From NCBI GenBank assembly GCA_048571215.1, contig CP182352.1:1088001-1152000 (forward strand): a DNA stretch of 64,000 nucleotides, given 5' to 3'. Position 1 is the stretch's first letter, and each line of letters opens with the position of its first letter. The translations under genes were made by a program, and so were the position numbers. The notes under the pieces were generated by a model. The model was not told the DNA's origin, ran no database searches, and worked only from the letters and a program-made list of their open reading frames with translations. Source of the DNA: Halarcobacter sp. Its GTDB lineage: Bacteria > Campylobacterota > Campylobacteria > Campylobacterales > Arcobacteraceae. This document shows, in pieces, positions 32,770-41,562 of the stretch.

Positions 32770-34044
32770 ATGAATAATCTATTATTTGAAGAGAAAAAAT
32801 GGAACTATTATGTATCTGTAGTGCCAATCATGCTTTTTTTTATTGCTTTTATTACCTGGGCATCTTTTAGTCAAGTTGATGAAGTTGTAAGGGGTACTGG
32901 TAAGATAGTACCTTCAGGACAAACAAAAATTTTACAAAATTTAGAGGGTGGAATTATCTCTGATATTAAAGTAAAAGAGGGTGATACTGTATCAAAAGGG
33001 CAGATTATTTATACCCTTTCAAATGAGTTTTTTAGAGCAGATTCTAGAACAAAAAAATTAGACTTATTGGCTTTCCAAGCAGCAGAACAGAGATTAGAAG
33101 CCTCAATTAATGAAAAAGAAACTATAGATTTTTCAAAAGATTTAGTTGAAAAAATTCCAGAGATTATAAATAATGAAAAAAGAATATTTTTTGAAGATTT
33201 AAAAAATAGAAATACACAAATTGCAATTGCACAAGATCAATTAAGACAAAAAAAATATAAACTAAAAGAAGCTGAAACAAAGTTTGAGAATTTAAGTTTA
33301 GAGTTAAACTTAGCTCAAACAAATATGAAGATATTGGAGTCTTTATATAAGAAAAAAGTTGTATCAAAAAAAGATTATATTACTGAACTTTCAAAAAAAC
33401 AAAACATTGTTACTAAATTATCTGAAACTCGTAATAGTATTCCTATTATAAAAGAAGAGATATCTGAAGCAAAAAAAAGAATAGATACTGTTAAATCTGA
33501 AATCAAATCAAAATATCTTCAAAAATACTCAAGTTTAAAAGCTGAAATAAATAAATTAATAGAGAGAAACAAAGCAGATACTGATAGGGAACTACGTAAA
33601 GATGTAGTATCTCCCGTAAAAGGGATAATAAACAAGTTATATTTTTACACTATTGGGGGTATTGTAAAATCAGGAGATAAATTAGCTGAGATTACACCTT
33701 TGGATGATTCTTTGACAATAGAGGCACGGGTTTCTACAAGTAATAGAGCACAAATTTGGGCTGGTCAAAATGTATCCGTAGAAATTACTGCTTATGATTT
33801 CTCAAAATATGGTCTTTTAAATGGTACTTTGATCTCTATTTCACCTGATTCTTTTGAAGATAGAACTGGAAATATCTATTATCTTGTAAAAGTAAAAGTT
33901 GATACAAATCAATTTGCTCCTGATTTACCTATTATGCCAGGGATGATAGCGAATATTAATATTTTAACTGGTAAAAAAACTATACTTCAATATATTATTA
34001 AACCATTAAAAGATATTAGTAGAAATGCATTAGGTGAACAATAA
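32770..34044 (+). CDS. HlyD-family T1SS membrane fusion protein
   Basis: WASFSQVDEVVRGTGKIVPSGQTKILQNLEGGII, coiled coil, ITAYDFSKYG, IMPGM, ILTGKKTILQYIIKP. Confidence 0.94.
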   Translation: MNNLLFEEKKWNYYVSVVPIMLFFIAFITWASFSQVDEVVRGTGKIVPSGQTKILQNLEGGIISDIKVKEGDTVSKGQIIYTLSNEFFRADSRTKKLDLLAFQAAEQRLEASINEKETIDFSKDLVEKIPEIINNEKRIFFEDLKNRNTQIAIAQDQLRQKKYKLKEAETKFENLSLELNLAQTNMKILESLYKKKVVSKKDYITELSKKQNIVTKLSETRNSIPIIKEEISEAKKRIDTVKSEIKSKYLQKYSSLKAEINKLIERNKADTDRELRKDVVSPVKGIINKLYFYTIGGIVKSGDKLAEITPLDDSLTIEARVSTSNRAQIWAGQNVSVEITAYDFSKYGLLNGTLISISPDSFEDRTGNIYYLVKVKVDTNQFAPDLPIMPGMIANINILTGKKTILQYIIKPLKDISRNALGEQ

Positions 34045-34156
34045 TATATCATCTAGTTATTATTTTTTAATATTTCCCTTTATTTTCATCTATTTAAAAG
34101 GTTATTTTAAATAATATAGTATTTACTTTTTAATAAAAATATTTAAGGGTTAATTA

Positions 34157-35110
34157 ATGTTTAGCTTCTTCAAGTTTCTACAAAAATTTATAAAAGATTT
34201 AAAGTCAAATAAGGGATTATGGTTTACAATTTTAGCAGTTGTTTCTGTGTTGGGTATATTCTTATCTCTTTACCTTTTAACACATATGACTAAAAGTGTA
34301 TCAAAAGATGTATATTATAATATGTCTTCAACATATGTAAAAAATTATAAGAATAGAGTTACTAAAAAAGAGCAAAATTTTAAAAAGATTTTGTTAACAG
34401 TAAAAGCTGATGATAATTTTATATCAAATATAGCAAATAGTAACTTAGTAGAGGTGGGAAATTATATCTCTAGGTTCAATGATGAGTACAAAACAAATGG
34501 ATTTAATAGTTATCAACTAAGTTTCTATCCTATTTTTAATCAAGTTAACCAATACAGAACAACTATTAATTCGGCAATAAACGCAAAGAATAAAATTTTT
34601 GGTGTAGAGGTTTTACAAGATGGTGTATATTATGTTTATATAGAACCACTTATAAGAGATGATAAATTAATTGGAGTTTTAGAACTAAAAGAAGAGTTAC
34701 ACGATTTCAAAGTTGAATATACAAAAGATGATTTAATTTTTCTATTCCTTATAGAAGAGAGAATGCTAAATAAACTTTCAATAAAAGCAAGAAATGGTAA
34801 ATATAGAGAAGTTGTTGAAACTTTATATGTAAATGAAGAGAGATACGATGGACAATTTTTTGCAAAAATCATAGATGGTGGAAGAGAAAACTATAAAATG
34901 ATGATGGACAATGGTTATTCTGTAGATGATACTTATTTTAGAGCTGTTCAAAAAGTTGCTGATATGGAGGGTAATATTATTGGTTTAGTTGTAATTGGAG
35001 AACCTGTTGAGGGAAGTGGAGCCTTTGTAAACATTGTTGATAATATGACAAAAACAGTTACAACTGTTGCTTTAGGTTTAGTTATTTCAATTTTACTATT
35101 TATGTTTTAA
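34157..35110 (+). CDS. Two-TM membrane protein with a periplasmic Cache-like domain and no cytoplasmic output domain
   Basis: TM1 (LWFTILAVVSVLGIFLSLYLL), ~250-aa loop with Cache-like YVYIEPLIRDDKLIGVLEL and DMEGNIIGLVVIG, TM2 at the extreme C-terminus. Confidence 0.65.
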   Translation: MFSFFKFLQKFIKDLKSNKGLWFTILAVVSVLGIFLSLYLLTHMTKSVSKDVYYNMSSTYVKNYKNRVTKKEQNFKKILLTVKADDNFISNIANSNLVEVGNYISRFNDEYKTNGFNSYQLSFYPIFNQVNQYRTTINSAINAKNKIFGVEVLQDGVYYVYIEPLIRDDKLIGVLELKEELHDFKVEYTKDDLIFLFLIEERMLNKLSIKARNGKYREVVETLYVNEERYDGQFFAKIIDGGRENYKMMMDNGYSVDDTYFRAVQKVADMEGNIIGLVVIGEPVEGSGAFVNIVDNMTKTVTTVALGLVISILLFMF

Positions 35111-35119
35111 GGCACTTAG

Positions 35120-36268
35120 ATGAGACGTATTAAGATATTAAAAATATATTTTATATTTATACTATTTGTAGTTTTTTTAATTTTTTCAAATATTCAAGTA
35201 ATAAAAAGCTTCTTTATGGCGACATTAACATTTAATGTTGCAATTTTAACAATATTTTCTATTGGATTATTGATACTTTATCAAGCAGCTATAAAACTTA
35301 CAATGCTTTCAGGTACATTTGGGATTTTGGCTTATAAAAAAGGTAAAGCCTTGGAGTTTTATCTTCAAGGGATTACAGGGGTTTTTCCTGCAACTATAGC
35401 CCATATGTTTAACAAAAGAGCAAAAAAAGGTGTTTTGTATTTTACTCAAGATGAAGCAAAAAATGTAAGTGAATGGTTAGGTGAACAGTTTTTTAATCAA
35501 AAGGGTTATACAAACTTTTTTGTTGGTACCTCACTTATGCTTGGGCTTTTTGGTACATTTACTGGTCTTTTGGTTGCTATTGATGAGATGGGTGCTATTA
35601 TTTTATCATTTGGTGGAGACGATATAGATATTGGTGAAGTTATGACTAAGTTCTCTGGACCATTAGGTGGTATGTCTATTGGATTTGCTTCATCTTTATT
35701 TGGGGTAGCTTCAGCAGTTATTTTAAATGTAATGCAATATATTCTTACTAGAAATCAAGCAGGATTTTTACAAGATGTAGAGGATTGGATGAAAGGTAAA
35801 ATCATCGACTCTCAATCATCTGAAACCTTAGAAGAAGCAAAAGAACAATTAGGATTAATAGTAAGTTCTCAAGGTTCAGGATCTGGTGGTGGAGGAAATA
35901 TGCAAGGTTTCCTAGATGTATTTATTGATACTATGGGAGATTTTACAGATAAGTTAGAAAAATCTAACAAATCAACAGAAAAAGTTTATGATCTGATAAT
36001 AGAAAGTTTCTCAAATGACAATAGTTTTAAAGAAAAAGAGTCTGTACTCTTGGAAAATATTGTAACAAGTTTAAGGGAATCAAATGTAAATCAATTTTCA
36101 AATGCTTCTATGATGGAGGAATCTTTACAAGAGATTTCAAATGTAATTTTATCTGAACATAGAAGTGTTAAAAAGAGTTTAGCATTGCAAGAGGAAAATA
36201 ATAAACTTTTATTACAGTTAGTAAACTCTTTAAATAGTAGACTAGATAAGTTAGAATCAAATAAGTGA
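35120..36268 (+). CDS. MotA/TolQ/ExbB-family ion-channel subunit, SiiB-like, with a helical cytoplasmic tail
   Basis: SLMLGLFGTFTGL and PLGGMSIGFASSLFGVASAVIL are the two conserved TM motifs of this family. Confidence 0.85.
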   Translation: MRRIKILKIYFIFILFVVFLIFSNIQVIKSFFMATLTFNVAILTIFSIGLLILYQAAIKLTMLSGTFGILAYKKGKALEFYLQGITGVFPATIAHMFNKRAKKGVLYFTQDEAKNVSEWLGEQFFNQKGYTNFFVGTSLMLGLFGTFTGLLVAIDEMGAIILSFGGDDIDIGEVMTKFSGPLGGMSIGFASSLFGVASAVILNVMQYILTRNQAGFLQDVEDWMKGKIIDSQSSETLEEAKEQLGLIVSSQGSGSGGGGNMQGFLDVFIDTMGDFTDKLEKSNKSTEKVYDLIIESFSNDNSFKEKESVLLENIVTSLRESNVNQFSNASMMEESLQEISNVILSEHRSVKKSLALQEENNKLLLQLVNSLNSRLDKLESNK

Positions 36269-36280
36269 TAGGTATCTTTA

Positions 36281-37045
36281 ATGGCAAATAGATGTGAAGA
36301 TGAGTTTAACCCTTGGCCTTCATTTGTTGATATCTTTTCATCGGTTATTCTTGTAATGCTTCTTTTCTTACTGGTTGTACTTGTAAATTTGGGGTTTTAT
36401 GCACAATTTAAATATAAAGTATCATATACAGGTTCAATAGCTACAGATGATTTGATAGTAAATGATAATCCTAGTGAGGGAACTGAAAAATTGTTTCAAA
36501 AACAGCAAGCACAACCAGTGACCCAAATAGAAACAAAAACAAAAGAACAATCACAAGCTGTATCTCAAATGCAAAGTGAGATTATTAGATTAAGAAAAAT
36601 GATTAAAGAGAGAACAGTAAAAGCAAAAGAGAAACACGAATCAGAAATTGAAGCTGGTGGGATTGATGTAAAAGATAGAAAAGATGATGACAATAAATCT
36701 AAACAAACTATTATTAATAGTGAAGATTACTTTATTATTACCTTTAAAGGAAATGAGATATTTTTTGATAATGAGATAACTAAAAAATTAAAAGGTTTTT
36801 TAAATGATGCAAAAGAAAAATATAAAAAATATAAAATCTCAATTACAGCTGCTGATGTTCAAGGGCAAGCTAGTGCAACAGTTGCAAAACAGATCTCGTT
36901 AGCTAGAACAATTGGTGCAAGAAATCTTATTCGAAAATTTGGTTATGAGAAAAAAGATGTAAGAGTTGATTTATTATCTAGCACAGACGTAAAAGAAAAT
37001 ATAAACAAAAAAAATGGATATTTAGTTATTAGGATAAAAAGATAG
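36281..37045 (+). CDS. MotB/SiiA-like single-TM subunit with conserved Asp and an OmpA-like C-terminal domain
   Basis: EDEFNPWPSFVDIFS precedes a TM helix and closely resembles the Salmonella SiiA N-terminus as I recall it; ISLARTIGARNLI resembles the OmpA/MotB LSxxRA motif. Confidence 0.82.
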   Translation: MANRCEDEFNPWPSFVDIFSSVILVMLLFLLVVLVNLGFYAQFKYKVSYTGSIATDDLIVNDNPSEGTEKLFQKQQAQPVTQIETKTKEQSQAVSQMQSEIIRLRKMIKERTVKAKEKHESEIEAGGIDVKDRKDDDNKSKQTIINSEDYFIITFKGNEIFFDNEITKKLKGFLNDAKEKYKKYKISITAADVQGQASATVAKQISLARTIGARNLIRKFGYEKKDVRVDLLSSTDVKENINKKNGYLVIRIKR

Positions 37046-40000
37046 TGATAAGCAGATTTATAAAATATATATTATTTACTTTTTTAATTGTTTCCTCAAC
37101 TATGGCATTAAATGATGAAAATAATCTTAATTTAATAGCGCCTAAAAAACTCAATCAGCTTGAAGGAGAAAAAGATTCTTTAAAAAAAATAGAAAGAACA
37201 TATGTATCAGAAACACCTTCTGTAAGAACTGCAAAAATAAAAAAAGCAAATCAAGACCAAGCTTTAAATACTAAACTTTATACAAAAGTAAAACTTATAG
37301 ATGTTGTACTAGAAACACTATCAAGAAGTGATACTTTAAAATCATCAAGAGAAAATGTAATTCAGTATGAATTAAAAGTTAAAAATGCAATTGCTGATTA
37401 TTATCCTACTGTAAATTTTAGTTATGAATATGGTCGAACTAAAACAAAACCTGATAGTAGTGGAAATAATCATTTTAGATTTTATACTGATGATAACTTT
37501 GAATTTATATTAAGACAAAACTTATATTCAGGTTTTGCAACTAATTATAATATTAAAAGTATTGGAAAAAAACTTGAAGTAGCTAGAAATCAATACAGAA
37601 TTACCCTTGATGAAGAGATTAAAAAAGCTGTAAAGGCTTATTTTGATGTTGTATTTGCAAATCGTTCAGTAAAAGTCAATGAACGAAATATGAAAAAACT
37701 TAATAGAATTTTGAAAATTGTTACAACAAAATATGATAATGGTGGTGCATCATTAGGGGATATGACCTCAATAAAAGCTAGCGTTGCAAATTCAATGACA
37801 AAATTAGTAAAAATCAAATCTAAATTTATTGAGTCATTGAGATATTATGAGTATATTGCAGGTGTTGATTTTCAAAAAACCTTACCATATGAGATGAATT
37901 TTGATATCTCTTTAAAAGAGTTTCAAGAGTTATATGAACATGCCTTAGAAAAAAATAGAAATTTGATTAATTATTATGAGAGTATAGAAGCTGAAAAGTA
38001 TGAACAAAAAAAGAGAAGAGCAGCTTTTGAACCGAAACTTGATTTTGAATTATCTTATGGGGAGATTTATCAAGGTGATGGTATAGCTAAAACTGAAACA
38101 GATGTAAGTGGAAAAGTAAAACTTACATATAATCTATTTAATGGTGGAAAAGATAAAAATAAAGTCCTAGAATCAAATAGTAAGGTTAGAAATCTAAACT
38201 ATAAACTTGAAGAAGAGAAGAAAAAAATCAAATGGAACCTTTCTAAGATACACACTTCTATGCAAAGTATTAATGAAGCCTTAAAAAGTACTATAGAAGA
38301 GATTAAAGCCTCTAGAAAGATGGTTTCAGCATATTGGGATGCTTTTAAGCTTGGAGAGCAAGATTTACAAACACTACTGCAAGGACAAAGACAATTAAAC
38401 TCAGCAGAAACAGAACTTGTTGGTTTTGAAAAAAGTCAAATTATCAACTTCTTTAATACTTTAGAGTTAACAGGAGAACTATCTTCATTTTTCAATGTTG
38501 ATCCAGGAAATCCTAAATTTATAGATTTTTCAAAAAGTGATTATAAAAAAACAGTTATAGCAAAAGATGGACAATTATTATCTTTAACTGGCGATATTGC
38601 AAAAGATAAACTTGAAAAAGAAAAAGAGATTAAAAAACAAGAAGAAAAACCAAAAGAGATTGTAGCTACAAAAATCCCTTTAGATGAAAAACTTAGTAAA
38701 TATGTAGAAGAGTTTAAGAGTTTTGATGATAATAGTTTTACAATAGAGATTGGTGACTTTGATTCGATTTTTGATGCCTTTGATTTCATGATAAAAAATA
38801 AAATAGATGATAACTCTTTTACCTATGAAGTTGTTGATAAATATAATATAAAAACAAAAATTGCCCACAATAATTTTAAAACAAAAGAGGAAGCAAATAA
38901 CTATATAAAACTTTTGGAAGAGAAAAAGTTAGGAAAAGAGTATAAGGTAAGGTTAGTAAAAGATATTAAAGCTTTATATGATAGTTATATGAAAGGTTTA
39001 GCAATAAAACCTCCTAAACCAAAAGTTAAAACTAAAATAAAAATTGTTGAAAAGCTAATTCAAGCACCAGTTAAAAAAGAGTTTCAACCTGATGAACAGT
39101 TTAAAAATAAGTTTTTATCTTCACCTGATGATTTTTATACTATAAATGTATCATCTTTTACAGATTTGAAAACTTTAGAGAAATTTGTTTTAAAAAATGA
39201 GATCAAAGATAATTCATTTTTCTTTAGATATGGCAATAATGGACAACTTATTAAGTTAGTATATGGGGTTTATGAAAATTATACTAATAATATAGAAGAT
39301 CAAATAAATAAGTTGATTTTAGAAAATAAAAATATTTTTCCACTAGTGGAAAAGCTTGGACCTGTAAAAGAGCTATATAATGAAAATATTCAATTTAATA
39401 AAAAAGATGAAAAAGAAGATAAAGAAGACAAAGCTATCCATGAGAACAAATCTAAAGAGATAAAAGAAAATAAAAAAGATGATGAAGTTTTAACTTTAAC
39501 AAAAAGAGTCTCATTAGATGATATAAATAAAGAGAAAAAAGAAAAAATAGAAAAAGCAAAAAAAGAGATTGTTAAAATCTTAGATAAGAATAAAGCTTCA
39601 AATGATAATCAAAAAAATAAAAAAGAGAATATAACAAAAGAAGAAGAGGCAAATTTAGATAGTGTAGTACAAAAAGAAGTATTACAAAAATCTGATGAAA
39701 AACTTGAAAAAGACAAACCTAAAGAGGATATTAAAAAAACTTTAGAAAAAGAAGTAAAAAAAGAGATTATTGATGCACCAAAAAAAGAAGTTAAAAAAGA
39801 GTTAAGCTTAGAAAAAAACTTTTTAAATAGCTTCATAGAGGCACCAAGAAGTTCATATACTATTAATTTAGCTTCATTTCCTACAAAAGAATTAGCAAAA
39901 GAGTATATATCAAATAACAATATTCAAGAAAACAGTTTATTTGTAAGAGCTGATAATGGTGTTATTAAAGTTTTAAATGGGATATATAATACAAGAGAAA

Positions 40001-41562
40001 AGGCAAATAAAGCGATAACTTCATTACCTGAATCAATACAAAGAAATAATCCTTATCTACAAAAAATATTTAGAGTTCAAGATTTGATTAAAGCTAATAG
40101 TTCAAACATTGAAGCACTTCAATTGACAAATAAAGTTGATTTAGAAGAGGAAAAACTTGCAAAAGTAGAAGTAGAAAAAAAAGCTAAACTTGAACTTGAA
40201 AGAAAAGCAAAACTTGATGCAGAAAAACTTGCAAAAGTAGAAGCACAGAAAGAAGCTGAAGATGAAGCTAAAGAAAAAGCAAAACTAGAGGCACAAAAGT
40301 TAGAAAAAGAAAGATTAGCAAAATTAGAAGCTAAAGAAAAAGAAAAAGAAGAAGCTCAAAGAAAAGCAAAACTTGAAGCAGAAAAATTTGCAAAATTGGA
40401 AGCACAGAAAAAAACTGAAGAGGAAGTTAAAGAAAAAGCAAAAGAAGAGGCTCAAAGAAAAGCTAAACTTGAAGCAGAAAAACTTGCAAAATTAGAAGCA
40501 CAGAAAAAAGCTGAAGAGGAAGCTAAAGAAAAAGAAAAATTAGAAGCACAAAAGTTAGAAAAAGAAAGACTTGCTAAAGAAGAAGCAGATAAAAAAGATA
40601 AATTAGCAAAAGAAGAAGCTGAAAGAAAAGCTAAACTTCTTGATGAAAAAGCAGCGCAAAAGGCTAAAGAAGAGGCTTATAAAAAAGCTCAACTTGAAGT
40701 TGAAAGATTAAGAAAAGAGCGACTTGAAAAAGAAGAGATACAAAGAAAAGCTCATGCAGAAGCTATAAAGCAAGCAAGATTAAAAGCACAAATGAAAGCA
40801 AAACTTGAAGCAAAAAAAGCAGAAATTGAAAGAATAGGAAAAGAAAAAGCAGCAAAAAAAGCAAAAGAGATTGCTGAAAGAAAAGCTAAACTCGAAGCTG
40901 AGCAAAAAGCAAAAGAGATTGCTGAAAGAAAAGCTAAACTTGAAGCTGAGCAAAAAGCAAAAGAAGAAGCAGAGAAAAAAGCTAAACTCGAAGCTGAGCA
41001 AAAAGCAAAAGAAGCAGCAGAAAAAAAAGCTAAAGAAGCACAAAAGTTAGAAAAAGAAAGATTGGCAAAACTTGAAGCTAAAAGAAAAGTAAAAAGCATA
41101 GAGAACAAAAAAGAGGATATAGAAAAAGATGCAAGTTTAGAGATAAGTGGATTAAAAAATGAAAAAACTAGCACTTTAAATCCTAATAAAACTACTGTAA
41201 ATAAGCTAAAATTATCATCTAGTCCAATTGAAGAGATAGATTTTGGAGCAAATGGAACAGAAAAAAAACAGAAGGTAATCCCTTATAACAAAAGACAAGA
41301 TAATTTTGCTAATAAATTTGCAAATACATCTAAAAATAAATATACATTAAAAATCATCACATTAAAACCTAGTGAAGTTAAATGGTTTGAAAATGTGCGT
41401 GGATTGTCTCCTACTCATGTTGTAGTTAAAAATAAAAAAAGAGCGACTATCTATTATGGTATCTATGATACTATTGAAGAAGCAAAAAAAGATATAGTAA
41501 ATCTTCATCCTTTAATCTATGAGTCAAATCCTCCTGTTGTAAAAATAGGAACTGTAAAATGA
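37045..41562 (+). CDS. TolC-family outer-membrane channel fused to four SPOR-like domains and a TolA-like K/A/E-rich helical segment (1505 aa)
   Basis: Signal peptide; efflux-protein motifs (ADYYPTVNFSY, LRQNLYSGF, LTYNLFNGG, YWDAFKLGEQDLQTLLQGQ) to ~38500; SPOR-like units at ~38725, 39121, 39841 and 41330 (e.g. YTINLASF...GIYNTREKANKAITSLP); KAKLEAE repeats ~40140-41095. Confidence 0.88.
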   Translation: MISRFIKYILFTFLIVSSTMALNDENNLNLIAPKKLNQLEGEKDSLKKIERTYVSETPSVRTAKIKKANQDQALNTKLYTKVKLIDVVLETLSRSDTLKSSRENVIQYELKVKNAIADYYPTVNFSYEYGRTKTKPDSSGNNHFRFYTDDNFEFILRQNLYSGFATNYNIKSIGKKLEVARNQYRITLDEEIKKAVKAYFDVVFANRSVKVNERNMKKLNRILKIVTTKYDNGGASLGDMTSIKASVANSMTKLVKIKSKFIESLRYYEYIAGVDFQKTLPYEMNFDISLKEFQELYEHALEKNRNLINYYESIEAEKYEQKKRRAAFEPKLDFELSYGEIYQGDGIAKTETDVSGKVKLTYNLFNGGKDKNKVLESNSKVRNLNYKLEEEKKKIKWNLSKIHTSMQSINEALKSTIEEIKASRKMVSAYWDAFKLGEQDLQTLLQGQRQLNSAETELVGFEKSQIINFFNTLELTGELSSFFNVDPGNPKFIDFSKSDYKKTVIAKDGQLLSLTGDIAKDKLEKEKEIKKQEEKPKEIVATKIPLDEKLSKYVEEFKSFDDNSFTIEIGDFDSIFDAFDFMIKNKIDDNSFTYEVVDKYNIKTKIAHNNFKTKEEANNYIKLLEEKKLGKEYKVRLVKDIKALYDSYMKGLAIKPPKPKVKTKIKIVEKLIQAPVKKEFQPDEQFKNKFLSSPDDFYTINVSSFTDLKTLEKFVLKNEIKDNSFFFRYGNNGQLIKLVYGVYENYTNNIEDQINKLILENKNIFPLVEKLGPVKELYNENIQFNKKDEKEDKEDKAIHENKSKEIKENKKDDEVLTLTKRVSLDDINKEKKEKIEKAKKEIVKILDKNKASNDNQKNKKENITKEEEANLDSVVQKEVLQKSDEKLEKDKPKEDIKKTLEKEVKKEIIDAPKKEVKKELSLEKNFLNSFIEAPRSSYTINLASFPTKELAKEYISNNNIQENSLFVRADNGVIKVLNGIYNTREKANKAITSLPESIQRNNPYLQKIFRVQDLIKANSSNIEALQLTNKVDLEEEKLAKVEVEKKAKLELERKAKLDAEKLAKVEAQKEAEDEAKEKAKLEAQKLEKERLAKLEAKEKEKEEAQRKAKLEAEKFAKLEAQKKTEEEVKEKAKEEAQRKAKLEAEKLAKLEAQKKAEEEAKEKEKLEAQKLEKERLAKEEADKKDKLAKEEAERKAKLLDEKAAQKAKEEAYKKAQLEVERLRKERLEKEEIQRKAHAEAIKQARLKAQMKAKLEAKKAEIERIGKEKAAKKAKEIAERKAKLEAEQKAKEIAERKAKLEAEQKAKEEAEKKAKLEAEQKAKEAAEKKAKEAQKLEKERLAKLEAKRKVKSIENKKEDIEKDASLEISGLKNEKTSTLNPNKTTVNKLKLSSSPIEEIDFGANGTEKKQKVIPYNKRQDNFANKFANTSKNKYTLKIITLKPSEVKWFENVRGLSPTHVVVKNKKRATIYYGIYDTIEEAKKDIVNLHPLIYESNPPVVKIGTVK
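40864..41040 (+). repeat. 48-bp (16-aa) tandem repeat, ~3.5 copies, in the TolA-like stalk
   Basis: KEIAERKAKLEAEQKA KEIAERKAKLEAEQKA KEEAEKKAKLEAEQKA KEAAEKKAK. Confidence 0.8.

Noticed and set aside
35120..37045. Zorya ZorAB defence system or flagellar MotAB
   Set aside because: No zorC/D/E or flagellar genes nearby; the NPWPSFVD motif and T1SS context fit SiiAB better.
40140..41174. Separate tolA gene, or the minus-strand F/S/A-rich ORFs
   Set aside because: The KAE region is in frame within the TolC ORF and has no TM anchor; the reverse ORFs are low-complexity shadows.
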